64,000 nt of DNA from a virus, in the IMG/VR virus record IMGVR_UViG_3300025154_000064, positions 1 through 64,000 of that record, one strand, 5' to 3'. Below are positions 45,643-54,130 of this stretch, one piece after another. Position 1 is the stretch's first letter; every line of letters starts with the position of its first letter. The notes beneath the pieces were generated by a model, which was not told the DNA's origin, searched no databases, and saw only the letters and a list, made by a program, of their open reading frames with translations. The position numbers and the translations under genes were made by a program.

Positions 45643-45996
45643 TTATTCATCTCGAACAATCCATTTCCCGTCTTCGTCTACAATCTCAACCCGGATGTTA
45701 CCCGGGGCCATAGCCTCATCGACCCTCTGTTCAATAGTTTTCCCACCGGTAAGCTCGAAAGCTGTACGTTGCACCCATAGCTTGAATTCAGCGGTCCTGG
45801 TGAGACGTTCAAGAGCAATCCGTTTGTTCTGGTGTTGCGATCGCTCTGAACGGCTTTCCCCGACGGCCCGGGACGCCCGGTGAATTATCCTGACACCGGA
45901 TTCGGTTTTGTTCTGGTGCTGGCCACCCGGGCCACCGGACCTGAAGGTCTGGACCTCGAAGTCCTTTTTGCTTATCGTGAACAGGGGTTCTTTCAT
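45643..45996 (-). CDS. Peptidyl-tRNA hydrolase domain protein (RF-1/ArfB/PrfH-like)
   Basis: [22 protein letters not shown]...[12 protein letters not shown] with an intact GGQ. Confidence 0.9.
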   Translation of the reverse strand: MKEPLFTISKKDFEVQTFRSGGPGGQHQNKTESGVRIIHRASRAVGESRSERSQHQNKRIALERLTRTAEFKLWVQRTAFELTGGKTIEQRVDEAMAPGNIRVEIVDEDGKWIVRDE

Positions 45997-46298
45997 CTTA
46001 AAATTCGCCTAAGCCTGTTAGCTCCATATTCAGCTGCAACATAGTTTGCGCAATTAGAACAATAGAAAGTTCCATGGTTATAAGCAGACTCGTCTGTTGC
46101 GACTTTATCCTCGCATATAGAACACATTGTCGGTTGATTGGCGTTTACAGCCATCCTCAATATTTCAAATCCGTTTTCCGAAAGCCAATGGTGGAATTCC
46201 TTTGCAGTGTGAGAGCACTCTGCGTTCTGGCAAGCACCTAACTCAAAACTTAAACACTCTATATCACTACAAAATTCATATTTTTGATATTTATTCAT
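45993..46298 (-). CDS. Cys-rich hypothetical protein
   Basis: Multiple CxxC pairs; coupled to neighbours. Confidence 0.55.
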   Translation of the reverse strand: MNKYQKYEFCSDIECLSFELGACQNAECSHTAKEFHHWLSENGFEILRMAVNANQPTMCSICEDKVATDESAYNHGTFYCSNCANYVAAEYGANRLRRILR

Positions 46299-46299
46299 C

Positions 46300-46551
46300 T
46301 CAAGCCCTCGCCATCTCGCCGCCCATCTTGCTGTCTATCGCAGAGCAGTACCCTTCGCCGTCATCATCCACCGTAAAGTGGGGGCAGGCTGGCTCATCAA
46401 CCAGGTTATACATCCTCGCAACCTCTGTTGGGTCACACATGCACATATTGCCGGATCCACACTCAGGACATTTGGCGTCATTGATATCCGGGAAGCCATC
46501 GAAGAGTGAGCTGCATTCCAGACAAAAAGATATTTTGTCGATCTTTTTCAT
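46300..46551 (-). CDS. Zn-ribbon hypothetical protein
   Basis: CLEC...CPECGS. Confidence 0.6.
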   Translation of the reverse strand: MKKIDKISFCLECSSLFDGFPDINDAKCPECGSGNMCMCDPTEVARMYNLVDEPACPHFTVDDDGEGYCSAIDSKMGGEMARA

Positions 46552-47076
46552 TTATTTAATCCCAACCGCTTCGAGCGACTTCATAATTAAACCCTTCAGG
46601 GTCGTTTCCTGATATTCCTTGATAGACTCGCTCAGTTGTTTTTTGCAGAACTGCTCTGATGACCTGGTGAAATCATTTTTTATTCTCTCAAGCCATGCTG
46701 CCATAGACTTTTTTAATTCATGGTTTATCCACGTTTCATTGTCACCACCAGCGCAGGCTTTTATAACGTTGCCGCGAGAGTCAACCGGTGAAAGCATTTT
46801 CTCGTCTATCTGCTTTTTAATGTAATCCTCGACAGAGCCTATAAATGTAGGTTTTCCCCATCTATCGGTAATAGCGATATCCTCATTGATAAGATTCATA
46901 AGCTTAGCATCAATCGCTTTGGACACTTCCCCAACTATCGCATCAACATGGTCCTTCGATATTTTGGCGAACACTATGTCAGAAATCTCTTTCTTGACAT
47001 TTTTGGTTACGACATCTTCAAATGATCTTTCGTCAAAGATGTCGTTTGTATCAACTTCTATCTTGAGTATAGCCAT
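46552..47076 (-). CDS. Conserved phage hypothetical protein
   Basis: AAGGA RBS; TDRWG...VDSRG pattern. Confidence 0.65.
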   Translation of the reverse strand: MAILKIEVDTNDIFDERSFEDVVTKNVKKEISDIVFAKISKDHVDAIVGEVSKAIDAKLMNLINEDIAITDRWGKPTFIGSVEDYIKKQIDEKMLSPVDSRGNVIKACAGGDNETWINHELKKSMAAWLERIKNDFTRSSEQFCKKQLSESIKEYQETTLKGLIMKSLEAVGIK

Positions 47077-47181
47077 TGTTTTGTATATCCTTTCCTTTCA
47101 GAGTGGCCCGGAATGGTGCGCTTGCAATCAACGGTACAGAGTAACCCCTGATTACAGAGGCGTCCCGGGCGCTGTTGAAAC

Positions 47182-47448
47182 TTAAGCCAAGCTTAAATTC
47201 TTGACCCTTGGCCAGTAAACTTTCCGCCGGCCACCGCGGGGACCCGCCGGTAAAGCCACCAGATAGGATTCGTGATCGCGCGTGCATGAGTTCGGATCGA
47301 CAGCATTGAAAACGAATTTCTTATCATCGAACTTGTTGCACTCGGCAAACTGGCTGCCGTCAACAGGCACGATTCCGATAACCTCGCCAGTCTTCATTGT
47401 CCCTTTTGATGCCCATTTAACCTTGTCGCCTTTTTTAAATTTCGCCAT
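47182..47448 (-). CDS. SH3-like hypothetical protein
   Basis: FKKGDKVKW...RDHESYLV...YWPRV is a recurring phage family. Confidence 0.65.
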   Translation of the reverse strand: MAKFKKGDKVKWASKGTMKTGEVIGIVPVDGSQFAECNKFDDKKFVFNAVDPNSCTRDHESYLVALPAGPRGGRRKVYWPRVKNLSLA

Positions 47449-47620
47449 TGTCTTCTTATCCTTTATGTTATTGGGTTATTGAGCTACCAATCCATTTGGT
47501 CGCTCTCATATCAAAAATGAGTGCGGGCTCTTCTTCGATGCCGTAATTTGGATACCAACCCCCAGGCATCGAGTACTATATTCCCGGCGCCCGCCGACCG
47601 GTGAAAGGAGCGGGGGCCGG

Positions 47621-48082
47621 TTATTTCACCGGATTGTAAATTGCCTCCAGGATGGCACCGATACGCAGCATCCACCTGGGGTCATCCTTGTTGAACTCGA
47701 TCTCACTGTAAAAGTCCTCAACATCGTGAGGTTGGATCTTGAACGGATTGTCAGCGTCAACGTCTACCAGCGCGTGGCACAGCTCGTGTCGAATGATCCG
47801 GATGCGGTCCGGATCTTCGATAATGTTCCAGAGCATGCTATCCAGGCGCATGATATAGTCGTAGCCATCGGCGACAGCTGCATCGTCTATTGACAAGAAG
47901 CGCTCGACATCGTTCGTCTTGGCCAGACTGGCTGCAGCCAGCTTCCCGGAAACGGTGCGCTTCTTGGTGTCCATCAACGCAAGGATGTTGGCGCTAACGA
48001 GCTGGTGGAACTGAACGTCCTTACGGACCTTATCAAGAAGGTCGTAGACTGTTTGTGGTGCTGGTTCGAATCGTAGGTCCAT
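47621..48082 (-). CDS. Putative phage metallopeptidase
   Basis: HELCH followed by HDVEDF. Confidence 0.8.
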   Translation of the reverse strand: MDLRFEPAPQTVYDLLDKVRKDVQFHQLVSANILALMDTKKRTVSGKLAAASLAKTNDVERFLSIDDAAVADGYDYIMRLDSMLWNIIEDPDRIRIIRHELCHALVDVDADNPFKIQPHDVEDFYSEIEFNKDDPRWMLRIGAILEAIYNPVK

Positions 48083-48107
48083 TGGTGTTATCCTTTCTTT
48101 TTTTGGG

Positions 48108-48272
48108 TCACTTCGCTTTCTTCTTCATTTCATCCTCGACCTCTTTCGAGTACGAGAATTTCAAAACGCTATCGACTGCCACATCGCCCCCGCAGAACAC
48201 GCAGGGCCGGTCATCTTCGTGGTCCGTTTCTCTCTTTCCTCCGCACTGCACGCATTTAAATACGTGTATCAT
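48108..48272 (-). CDS. Small Zn-ribbon protein
   Basis: FKCVQCG...CVFCGG. Confidence 0.5.
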   Translation of the reverse strand: MIHVFKCVQCGGKRETDHEDDRPCVFCGGDVAVDSVLKFSYSKEVEDEMKKKAK

Positions 48273-48942
48273 CTTCGCCAAGCCTTTCGCCGAAAAATTC
48301 CCGGGTAGATTGGACGCCTTCCCTGAAGAGTGCATCGAAAGCGTCTGCCGGCTCATCTGTAATCGGAATCTCATCGCCTGATAGCAGGATAGTCCTACGC
48401 AAATTGTAATTAAGGATACCGTCAAGCCGGTTTCTTTTATTAAGGATGATATTTACGAGTCCATTAAGAGTGGACGTCGCCGGGGAGACACGATCATAAA
48501 AGAAGATACCGATGGCGGGGTCACCCAGCGCGTTTAAATCAAACGCGCTGGTTAAAATGCCATCGGTGAGACCATCATCAGTACCAAATAGGAGCGATGC
48601 GCTTTGCAGGACCGAAACCTCGGTTCCTTTTATAATGTCCAGCTGGCCGCTTTCCAGGTTCGACACGCCAACTTTTAATTTATCGATATTTTTCCCTCGA
48701 AGAGCGTTGACAAGAAACGTTGCGAAATACTTCCGGCTATATACAGGGACATCTTTTGCAAGTTTGGCAACTTCACCCGCATTGTACCCGGCTGCCCATA
48801 ATGCGCCAACAACCGAACCTGAAGATATTCCAATGATATTGTTGGCTACAAACCCTTTTTCTTCCAGCACTGATACAGCACCAGCGATAGCGTAGAGCGC
48901 TCTGTGACCGACCCCTTCAATTACAAAATTACACTTTGGCAT
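48256..48942 (-). CDS. Patatin-like phospholipase
   Basis: GVGHRA oxyanion motif, GISSG nucleophile elbow, SAS, DGI (variant of DGG). Confidence 0.75.
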   Translation of the reverse strand: MPKCNFVIEGVGHRALYAIAGAVSVLEEKGFVANNIIGISSGSVVGALWAAGYNAGEVAKLAKDVPVYSRKYFATFLVNALRGKNIDKLKVGVSNLESGQLDIIKGTEVSVLQSASLLFGTDDGLTDGILTSAFDLNALGDPAIGIFFYDRVSPATSTLNGLVNIILNKRNRLDGILNYNLRRTILLSGDEIPITDEPADAFDALFREGVQSTREFFGERLGEDDTRI

Positions 48943-49130
48943 TGGTTCCCCTTTCCGAGTTGGTGTTAATGTTGATTACGAAAACGGTTTTAATTCAAAA
49001 TTGAAGTGCAGTCAAGCGTAAATATACCTAAAATCAATTTTATTTTAACATGGATTTTTGAGCGTAGGGAAGGGTTGGTGCCCGGATTGGGCACCACTTT
49101 AGGTAGGTATTATTCGTTAAGTTAAATAAA

Positions 49131-49259
49131 TCAGTCTATTGATTCCATATCTCTGATTATCATTTGAAGGCGTTCTTGCGCAGCTTTGATTAATTCTACG
49201 TCACCGATGATAACAGCGTAATGCAATATTGAACTATAGTAAACAAATCTTCTATCCAT
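49131..49259 (-). CDS. 42-aa ORF downstream of the repressor, not in the ORF track
   Basis: GGAGG RBS; MDRRFVYY...MESID*. Confidence 0.4.
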   Translation of the reverse strand: MDRRFVYYSSILHYAVIIGDVELIKAAQERLQMIIRDMESID

Positions 49260-49400
49260 TTATTACCTCCCCCATTATAAAAAAAAGTTAATCTGTATTA
49301 TCATATAGACATAAGCAATAACTGCTCCATTCTTTATGGTAAGTTAGATTTTTTTAAATTGTTGATAAATTGGATAATATTTACTGCTGGGGGGGGGTGT

Positions 49401-49441
49401 AAAAAAAAGGCATTGTAACTTTTTGTTACAATGCCTTTTTT
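49401..49441. terminator. Bidirectional terminator after the repressor
   Basis: A-tract GGCATTGTAAC / GTTACAATGCC T-tract. Confidence 0.75.
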
Positions 49442-49465
49442 GCCTGGTACAAAAAGTACCAAGGG

Positions 49466-49960
49466 TCACTTTTTACCTTTTGGCTTCTTTGCGGGTACCT
49501 TATTGAGATTTAATTGAACAGGTTTCGGCTCCGGTTTAGGACCCGGTTCAACGACATCGACTTTGTTTTCAAGCAGAAGCTTTGGCATCTTTCTAATTGT
49601 ATCCTCCGCCATTTCCTTCTGGCCCATGGCGACCGAGAGATTAATCATCCTGATAAAAGGTTCAAGGTTCGGGAACATCTTCATTGCCTTTTCATCAAGC
49701 ACTACATACTCGGTTACGGTAAAGTCGTCTTCTAATAAATCCTTTATGCCAACCCCTAGGACCTCAGCGATTCTGTTAAGCTCAGCACGTGTCGGTATGC
49801 ATAAATTGTTTTTAATTTTTGCTATCCTAACGTTCGAATGTTTCAGCGGCTTTCTAACTCGATGCTTAGGGTCTTCGTAAACCATTTTCCCTAATTCGGT
49901 ATCATCAATCCCCTCTCTTTCCTGTAATACCATAATTCGTTCACCAAGATTTAATTTCAT
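49466..49960 (-). CDS. XRE-family CI-like repressor
   Basis: LGERI...REGI...ELG and PTRAELNRIAEVLGV; divergent from the cro-like gene. Confidence 0.75.
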   Translation of the reverse strand: MKLNLGERIMVLQEREGIDDTELGKMVYEDPKHRVRKPLKHSNVRIAKIKNNLCIPTRAELNRIAEVLGVGIKDLLEDDFTVTEYVVLDEKAMKMFPNLEPFIRMINLSVAMGQKEMAEDTIRKMPKLLLENKVDVVEPGPKPEPKPVQLNLNKVPAKKPKGKK

Positions 49961-49995
49961 GCCGCACTCCCTCCAAGAGTCAAAAAATTAATAAA

Positions 49996-50054
49996 ATTTC
50001 AATTTTATCTTGACCTGAATTCAAAATTGAATTATTTAGGTTCAAAAATCAATT
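49996..50054. promoter_or_regulatory. Triple operator of the genetic switch
   Basis: ATTTCA ATTT TATCTT (49996), AATTCA AAAT TGAATT (50018), GGTTCA AAAA TCAATT (50039); TTGACC at 50010. Confidence 0.7.
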
Positions 50055-50078
50055 TAAACCTTCAAACAACGGTGCCAA

Positions 50079-50336
50079 ATGAACATCAACGATTACCTCG
50101 ATTCAAAAAACATGACCCAAAATGATTTCGCAACCCTCATCGGCCGATCACCCAGTTATATTACAAAGTTTAAAAAGCAACTGGTTACGCCATCTCTCAT
50201 AGAGGCAATTATTATTTATTTGGCATCCGATCAGCATGTCAATCTGCAAGACATGATCCCTCTTAATGTCATGAAACATCAAAACCAACCATGCAGCAAA
50301 GAATTGGCATCAGTATCATTTATAAAACATATTTGA
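50079..50336 (+). CDS. Cro-like HTH regulator
   Basis: YLDSKNMTQNDFATLIGRSPSYITK...PS. Confidence 0.8.
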   Translation: MNINDYLDSKNMTQNDFATLIGRSPSYITKFKKQLVTPSLIEAIIIYLASDQHVNLQDMIPLNVMKHQNQPCSKELASVSFIKHI

Positions 50337-50555
50337 ATCTAAGTCAAGTTCTTTTTTTGATTTAGATTCATTCTTTTTATCTTTTTATTGAGGTCAATAA
50401 TGAAAGATCCGAAGCGCGTGAGAAGGTTAATACGCAAAACTATCCGAATTCAAATGGAAAGTTTTTTAACATCAATATTTAACCAGCCTCTTCACGTTCG
50501 CCTGCTATTCGCTTGGCGAATTATAAGGGGTAAATTTTAATGAGAGGAAAATAAT

Positions 50556-50834
50556 ATGGCAGTGGAACTCGGGGATGAAGTGATCGACATGGTATCGGGA
50601 TTTAAGGGGATTGCGGCAGCTTGCCATAACTACCTGAACGGATGCAACCGCATATCGGTTCAACCACCTGTAGACAATGACGGAAGGCTGCCGGAAGCGC
50701 AATCGTTCGATGAACCCCAACTCAAAGTATTAACCGCCGGCAAGGTCCAGAACTTCGCCAAAACAAAAGCCACACCCACCGGTGGGCCTGAAAAATTTTC
50801 TGACACCCCCAAAACAACAGGAAGGAACCGTTAA
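50556..50834 (+). CDS. Conserved phage hypothetical protein
   Basis: LGDEV.D.VSGFKG...YLNGC...FDE.QL...GGP recurring family. Confidence 0.7.
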   Translation: MAVELGDEVIDMVSGFKGIAAACHNYLNGCNRISVQPPVDNDGRLPEAQSFDEPQLKVLTAGKVQNFAKTKATPTGGPEKFSDTPKTTGRNR

Positions 50835-51581
50835 ATGGAAATTCAAAAAACAAGAAAGAGCAAGCCGCCTCGCATCCTTATACATGGCAACCACGGGCTC
50901 GGGAAAAGCTCCCTGGCAGCGGCGGCGCCGGCACCGATTTTTATCCAGACAGAGGACGGCCTCGATGAGATCGACGCAGAGGCTTTCCCGATGGCCAAAG
51001 ACTTCGACACCGTTATGTCGCAGCTCATGCAGGTCTATCAAGAACCGCATGATTACAAAACGCTCGTTATCGACTCGATGGACTGGACCGAGCGCCTGAT
51101 CAACGCGCATGTGTGTAAGGAAGGCGGCAAGGACTCGATCAGCGACTTCGGGTATGGCGCAGGTTTCCAGATCGTCTATGAACAGTTCGGCCGGATCGTC
51201 AAGGCGCTCGATATGATCCGCGAAGAGCGGAAGATGGCGATCATACTTACGGCTCACAGCCAGATCAAGCAATATAACAATCCACTCGGCGCCGACTTCG
51301 ACCGCCACCAGATCAAGTTGCGTGACAAGAACGCAGAGCTCTTCCTCGAATGGTGCGATTGCGTTGGGTACCTGCGCTTCCAGACCTACGTGAAAGAAAA
51401 GAAAGAAGGCTTCTCGACCACCACCAAGGCGACAGGCGGAAGCGACCGAGTTCTATCCTGCTACCCATCGGCGGCTTTCGTATCCAAGAATCGTTACGCA
51501 ATCACTGAAGACATCGATATTCCAGACCCGGCCACCGGCTGGGACAACCTCATCAAAGCGATCAAGGGAGAAAAATCATGA
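50835..51581 (+). CDS. Sak4-like AAA_24 recombinase
   Basis: GNHGLGKS, TEDG, LVIDSMDW, GYGAG, KNRY. Confidence 0.85.
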   Translation: MEIQKTRKSKPPRILIHGNHGLGKSSLAAAAPAPIFIQTEDGLDEIDAEAFPMAKDFDTVMSQLMQVYQEPHDYKTLVIDSMDWTERLINAHVCKEGGKDSISDFGYGAGFQIVYEQFGRIVKALDMIREERKMAIILTAHSQIKQYNNPLGADFDRHQIKLRDKNAELFLEWCDCVGYLRFQTYVKEKKEGFSTTTKATGGSDRVLSCYPSAAFVSKNRYAITEDIDIPDPATGWDNLIKAIKGEKS

Positions 51582-52087
51582 GCGAGAATTTTACAATCAA
51601 CATCGAAAAAGAAGCGGCAGAGTTTAAAGGTGAATTTAAGGTACTTCCCCCTGGGTGGAAGAAGGTTGTCATCCTGAGCGGTGACATGGTGGCTACAAAA
51701 GGGAACAACGGAGAGATGCTGGTCCTTACATACGAGTGTCAGGAAGGAAAGGTCTCTGACCGGCTGAACATCTTCAATTCGTCAGAGGTCGCTCAGAAAA
51801 TCGGCCGGCAGGCGCTGGCAAAGATCTGTGAAAGCGTCGGCCTTACCGGGAACTTTTCGCTGAAAGATATTCCGAAACTTTTCGGCCGCTACATGGACAT
51901 CGAACTGGGAGTCGAAAAGTTCAAGTCGAACAAGGCCGATGCCAATGGACACTTTAAGGACCTGCAATCCAACAAGGTTAAAAACTACGCCAAAGCCGAC
52001 ACCAAATCTGTGAACGCGCCGCCTGCACCACCGGCTGGGACCGAAGCTTCCGGAAGCCAACCCGACGAGAAAAAACTACCCTGGTAA
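51578..52087 (+). CDS. DUF669-like ssDNA-binding protein
   Basis: LPPGW, follows Sak4, ends in PW. Confidence 0.8.
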   Translation: MSENFTINIEKEAAEFKGEFKVLPPGWKKVVILSGDMVATKGNNGEMLVLTYECQEGKVSDRLNIFNSSEVAQKIGRQALAKICESVGLTGNFSLKDIPKLFGRYMDIELGVEKFKSNKADANGHFKDLQSNKVKNYAKADTKSVNAPPAPPAGTEASGSQPDEKKLPW

Positions 52088-52091
52088 GGAG

Positions 52092-52484
52092 GTGGCCATG
52101 AATGAAATCGAAAGCGCAATTGTCCGCGGCGCCGAACTGAAAATCCAGATCGACAACATGACGGAAGAGCTTCGCAAGATCAACGTCTTCCTTTCGGAGA
52201 ATGCCGCCTATAAACCTGGTAGCAAAACCGGCCACCTTGATGCGCATGGTATCAAGGTGGATGTCACCCTGAAGGACAACGTGAAATACGATCAGGAGAA
52301 GCTGATCACTGTCCAACAGCACTTCGAATTTTTCCCGAACGTGTTCAAGTCCGAATGGAAGCCGGTCGCCAAGGCGCTCACCGAGGCCATGGCTGGCAAC
52401 GATGAGTTTCGAAAAGCCATCGAGTGGTCACGAACTGTTACACCCGGGGCGCCGCAGGTCAAGTACACGAAGATTGAGGAATAG
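52092..52484 (+). CDS. Hypothetical protein of the recombination module
   Basis: AAGGAGG RBS; coiled N-terminus. Confidence 0.65.
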   Translation: MAMNEIESAIVRGAELKIQIDNMTEELRKINVFLSENAAYKPGSKTGHLDAHGIKVDVTLKDNVKYDQEKLITVQQHFEFFPNVFKSEWKPVAKALTEAMAGNDEFRKAIEWSRTVTPGAPQVKYTKIEE

Positions 52485-52559
52485 ACCGTCGCCGCAACCT
52501 TGGGAGGGGAACCCGGCGATGTCACACCCCATGGGTCATTGCGGCCCATGGGGTTTACC

Positions 52560-53309
52560 ATGAAAGGACTTGAAGTGATTAATATCGACTACGGTGACAA
52601 CGACGCCACCAGCGCTAAAGCAATCGACGCTTACCTTGAATCTACCCAGACGTATCGTGACTGGCTGGGACTTAGCGCCATTGGCCATAAGTGCCCGAGG
52701 TACATGTGGTACCAGGCACGCGGAATGCAAAATCAGACCGAACCAAAGCAGGCCAGGCTGCTTCGGACCTTCGCATTCGGCAACGCAATTGAAGATCTGC
52801 TCGCGCTATGGCTGAAAGGCGCCGGTTTCGAGCTTACATGTCAGCAATGGAAAGTGAAGTTTACTCGCGGCGATAGCGTCCTGCAGGGTTCCATCGACGG
52901 GAAGATATCCGGCCTGCTGGAAGCGCCTGCAACCACTCATTTGTGGGAATGTAAGTCAATGAAGAACGCGAGTTTCAACAAACTGCTGAAGTCCGGGTAT
53001 GAAGCCTACGATGAAAAATATCGGACGCAGATCCATTGCTACGCGCATGGACTCGGATTATCTCGAATCTATGTTACTGTTTTGAATAAGGATACAAGCC
53101 AGATCTACACGGAGCGCATCCGGACCGATGCTGAATTCGCCGAATCCCAGCTCAATCGTGCTTTCGACATTGTTGAACTTAAACATCCCCCCGATGGTAG
53201 CTGCCCAAACAGTAGCTGGTATGAAGCGAAGTGGTGCGACTATCGTGAGTTCTGCTTTGGTGGCCGGCGTGCTGTGGTCCAGAAGAAAAAGGGGGACGTG
53301 CCTTGGTAG
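52560..53309 (+). CDS. Cas4-like PD-(D/E)XK exonuclease
   Basis: SAIGHKCPR, IDG, ECK, QIHCY, three C-terminal Cys. Confidence 0.85.
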   Translation: MKGLEVINIDYGDNDATSAKAIDAYLESTQTYRDWLGLSAIGHKCPRYMWYQARGMQNQTEPKQARLLRTFAFGNAIEDLLALWLKGAGFELTCQQWKVKFTRGDSVLQGSIDGKISGLLEAPATTHLWECKSMKNASFNKLLKSGYEAYDEKYRTQIHCYAHGLGLSRIYVTVLNKDTSQIYTERIRTDAEFAESQLNRAFDIVELKHPPDGSCPNSSWYEAKWCDYREFCFGGRRAVVQKKKGDVPW

Positions 53310-54130
53310 AGGAGAAAGCTTGCAGTAAGTGCGGAAGTGTTAAGGCACTGGATGAATTCAATAAGCATAAAGGCAGAAAAGATGGATATAATACTTGGTG
53401 CATGGTGTGTGAAAAGGAGTATAAAAACGCATATTACAAAGACAATAAAGTAGCCATATCATCTAAGGTCAAAGCGTATGTTGAATTTAATAAAGAGAAG
53501 GTGTCTACACGTAAAAAAGCATACTATAAAAAAAATAAGGATCAAATAGCCTTAAGAGATAAGGAATACCGCGAAAAGAATAAGGAGAGAATAACTTCCA
53601 GGCTAAAGGCATGGTACGAAAAGAACAAAAAGTATGCATCTGAGCAAGCGAAGATATATCGAGAGAACAATAAAGAGAAGGTGAGCACATGGACCAAGTT
53701 GTGGAGAGAGAATAACCATGAAAAAGTTAAAAGTTATACAAAGAAATGTAATGCTAAAATAAGGTCAACCCCAAAAGGAAAACTTAACAACAATATATCT
53801 CGTGGCATCAGTCGATCTCTCAATGGTGCCAAGTCTGGCCGCCACTGGGAAGATTTGGTCGGATATACTATTGACCAACTCAAACGCCACCTTGAGAAAC
53901 AATTTGATGAACACATGACCTGGGAAAATTACGGCTCATACTGGCATCTCGAACATATCATACCAGTCTCAGCTTTCAATTTCCAAAGTCCTGAAGACCG
54001 AGATTTTAAACGCTGCTGGGCGCTAAAGAATCTGAGACCTCTTGAGAAAATAGAGAACATCAAGAAGTCGAATAAGCTTGAAAAACATTTTCAACCATCA
54101 CTTGTATTTAAGGTGAAGAATGCAGCCTGA
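53303..54130 (+). CDS. HNH endonuclease with Zn finger and ~15-aa repeats
   Basis: CSKC..CMVC; repeated KxYxExNKEK; MTWENYG.WHLEHIIP...NLRPL...N..K. Confidence 0.85.
   Translation: MVEEKACSKCGSVKALDEFNKHKGRKDGYNTWCMVCEKEYKNAYYKDNKVAISSKVKAYVEFNKEKVSTRKKAYYKKNKDQIALRDKEYREKNKERITSRLKAWYEKNKKYASEQAKIYRENNKEKVSTWTKLWRENNHEKVKSYTKKCNAKIRSTPKGKLNNNISRGISRSLNGAKSGRHWEDLVGYTIDQLKRHLEKQFDEHMTWENYGSYWHLEHIIPVSAFNFQSPEDRDFKRCWALKNLRPLEKIENIKKSNKLEKHFQPSLVFKVKNAA

Noticed and set aside
48256-48942. CBASS system
   Set aside because: No CD-NTase or Cap2/Cap3 genes adjacent
52560-53309. CRISPR-Cas adaptation module
   Set aside because: Solo Cas4-like nuclease in a standard Sak4/SSB recombination context; no cas1, cas2 or array
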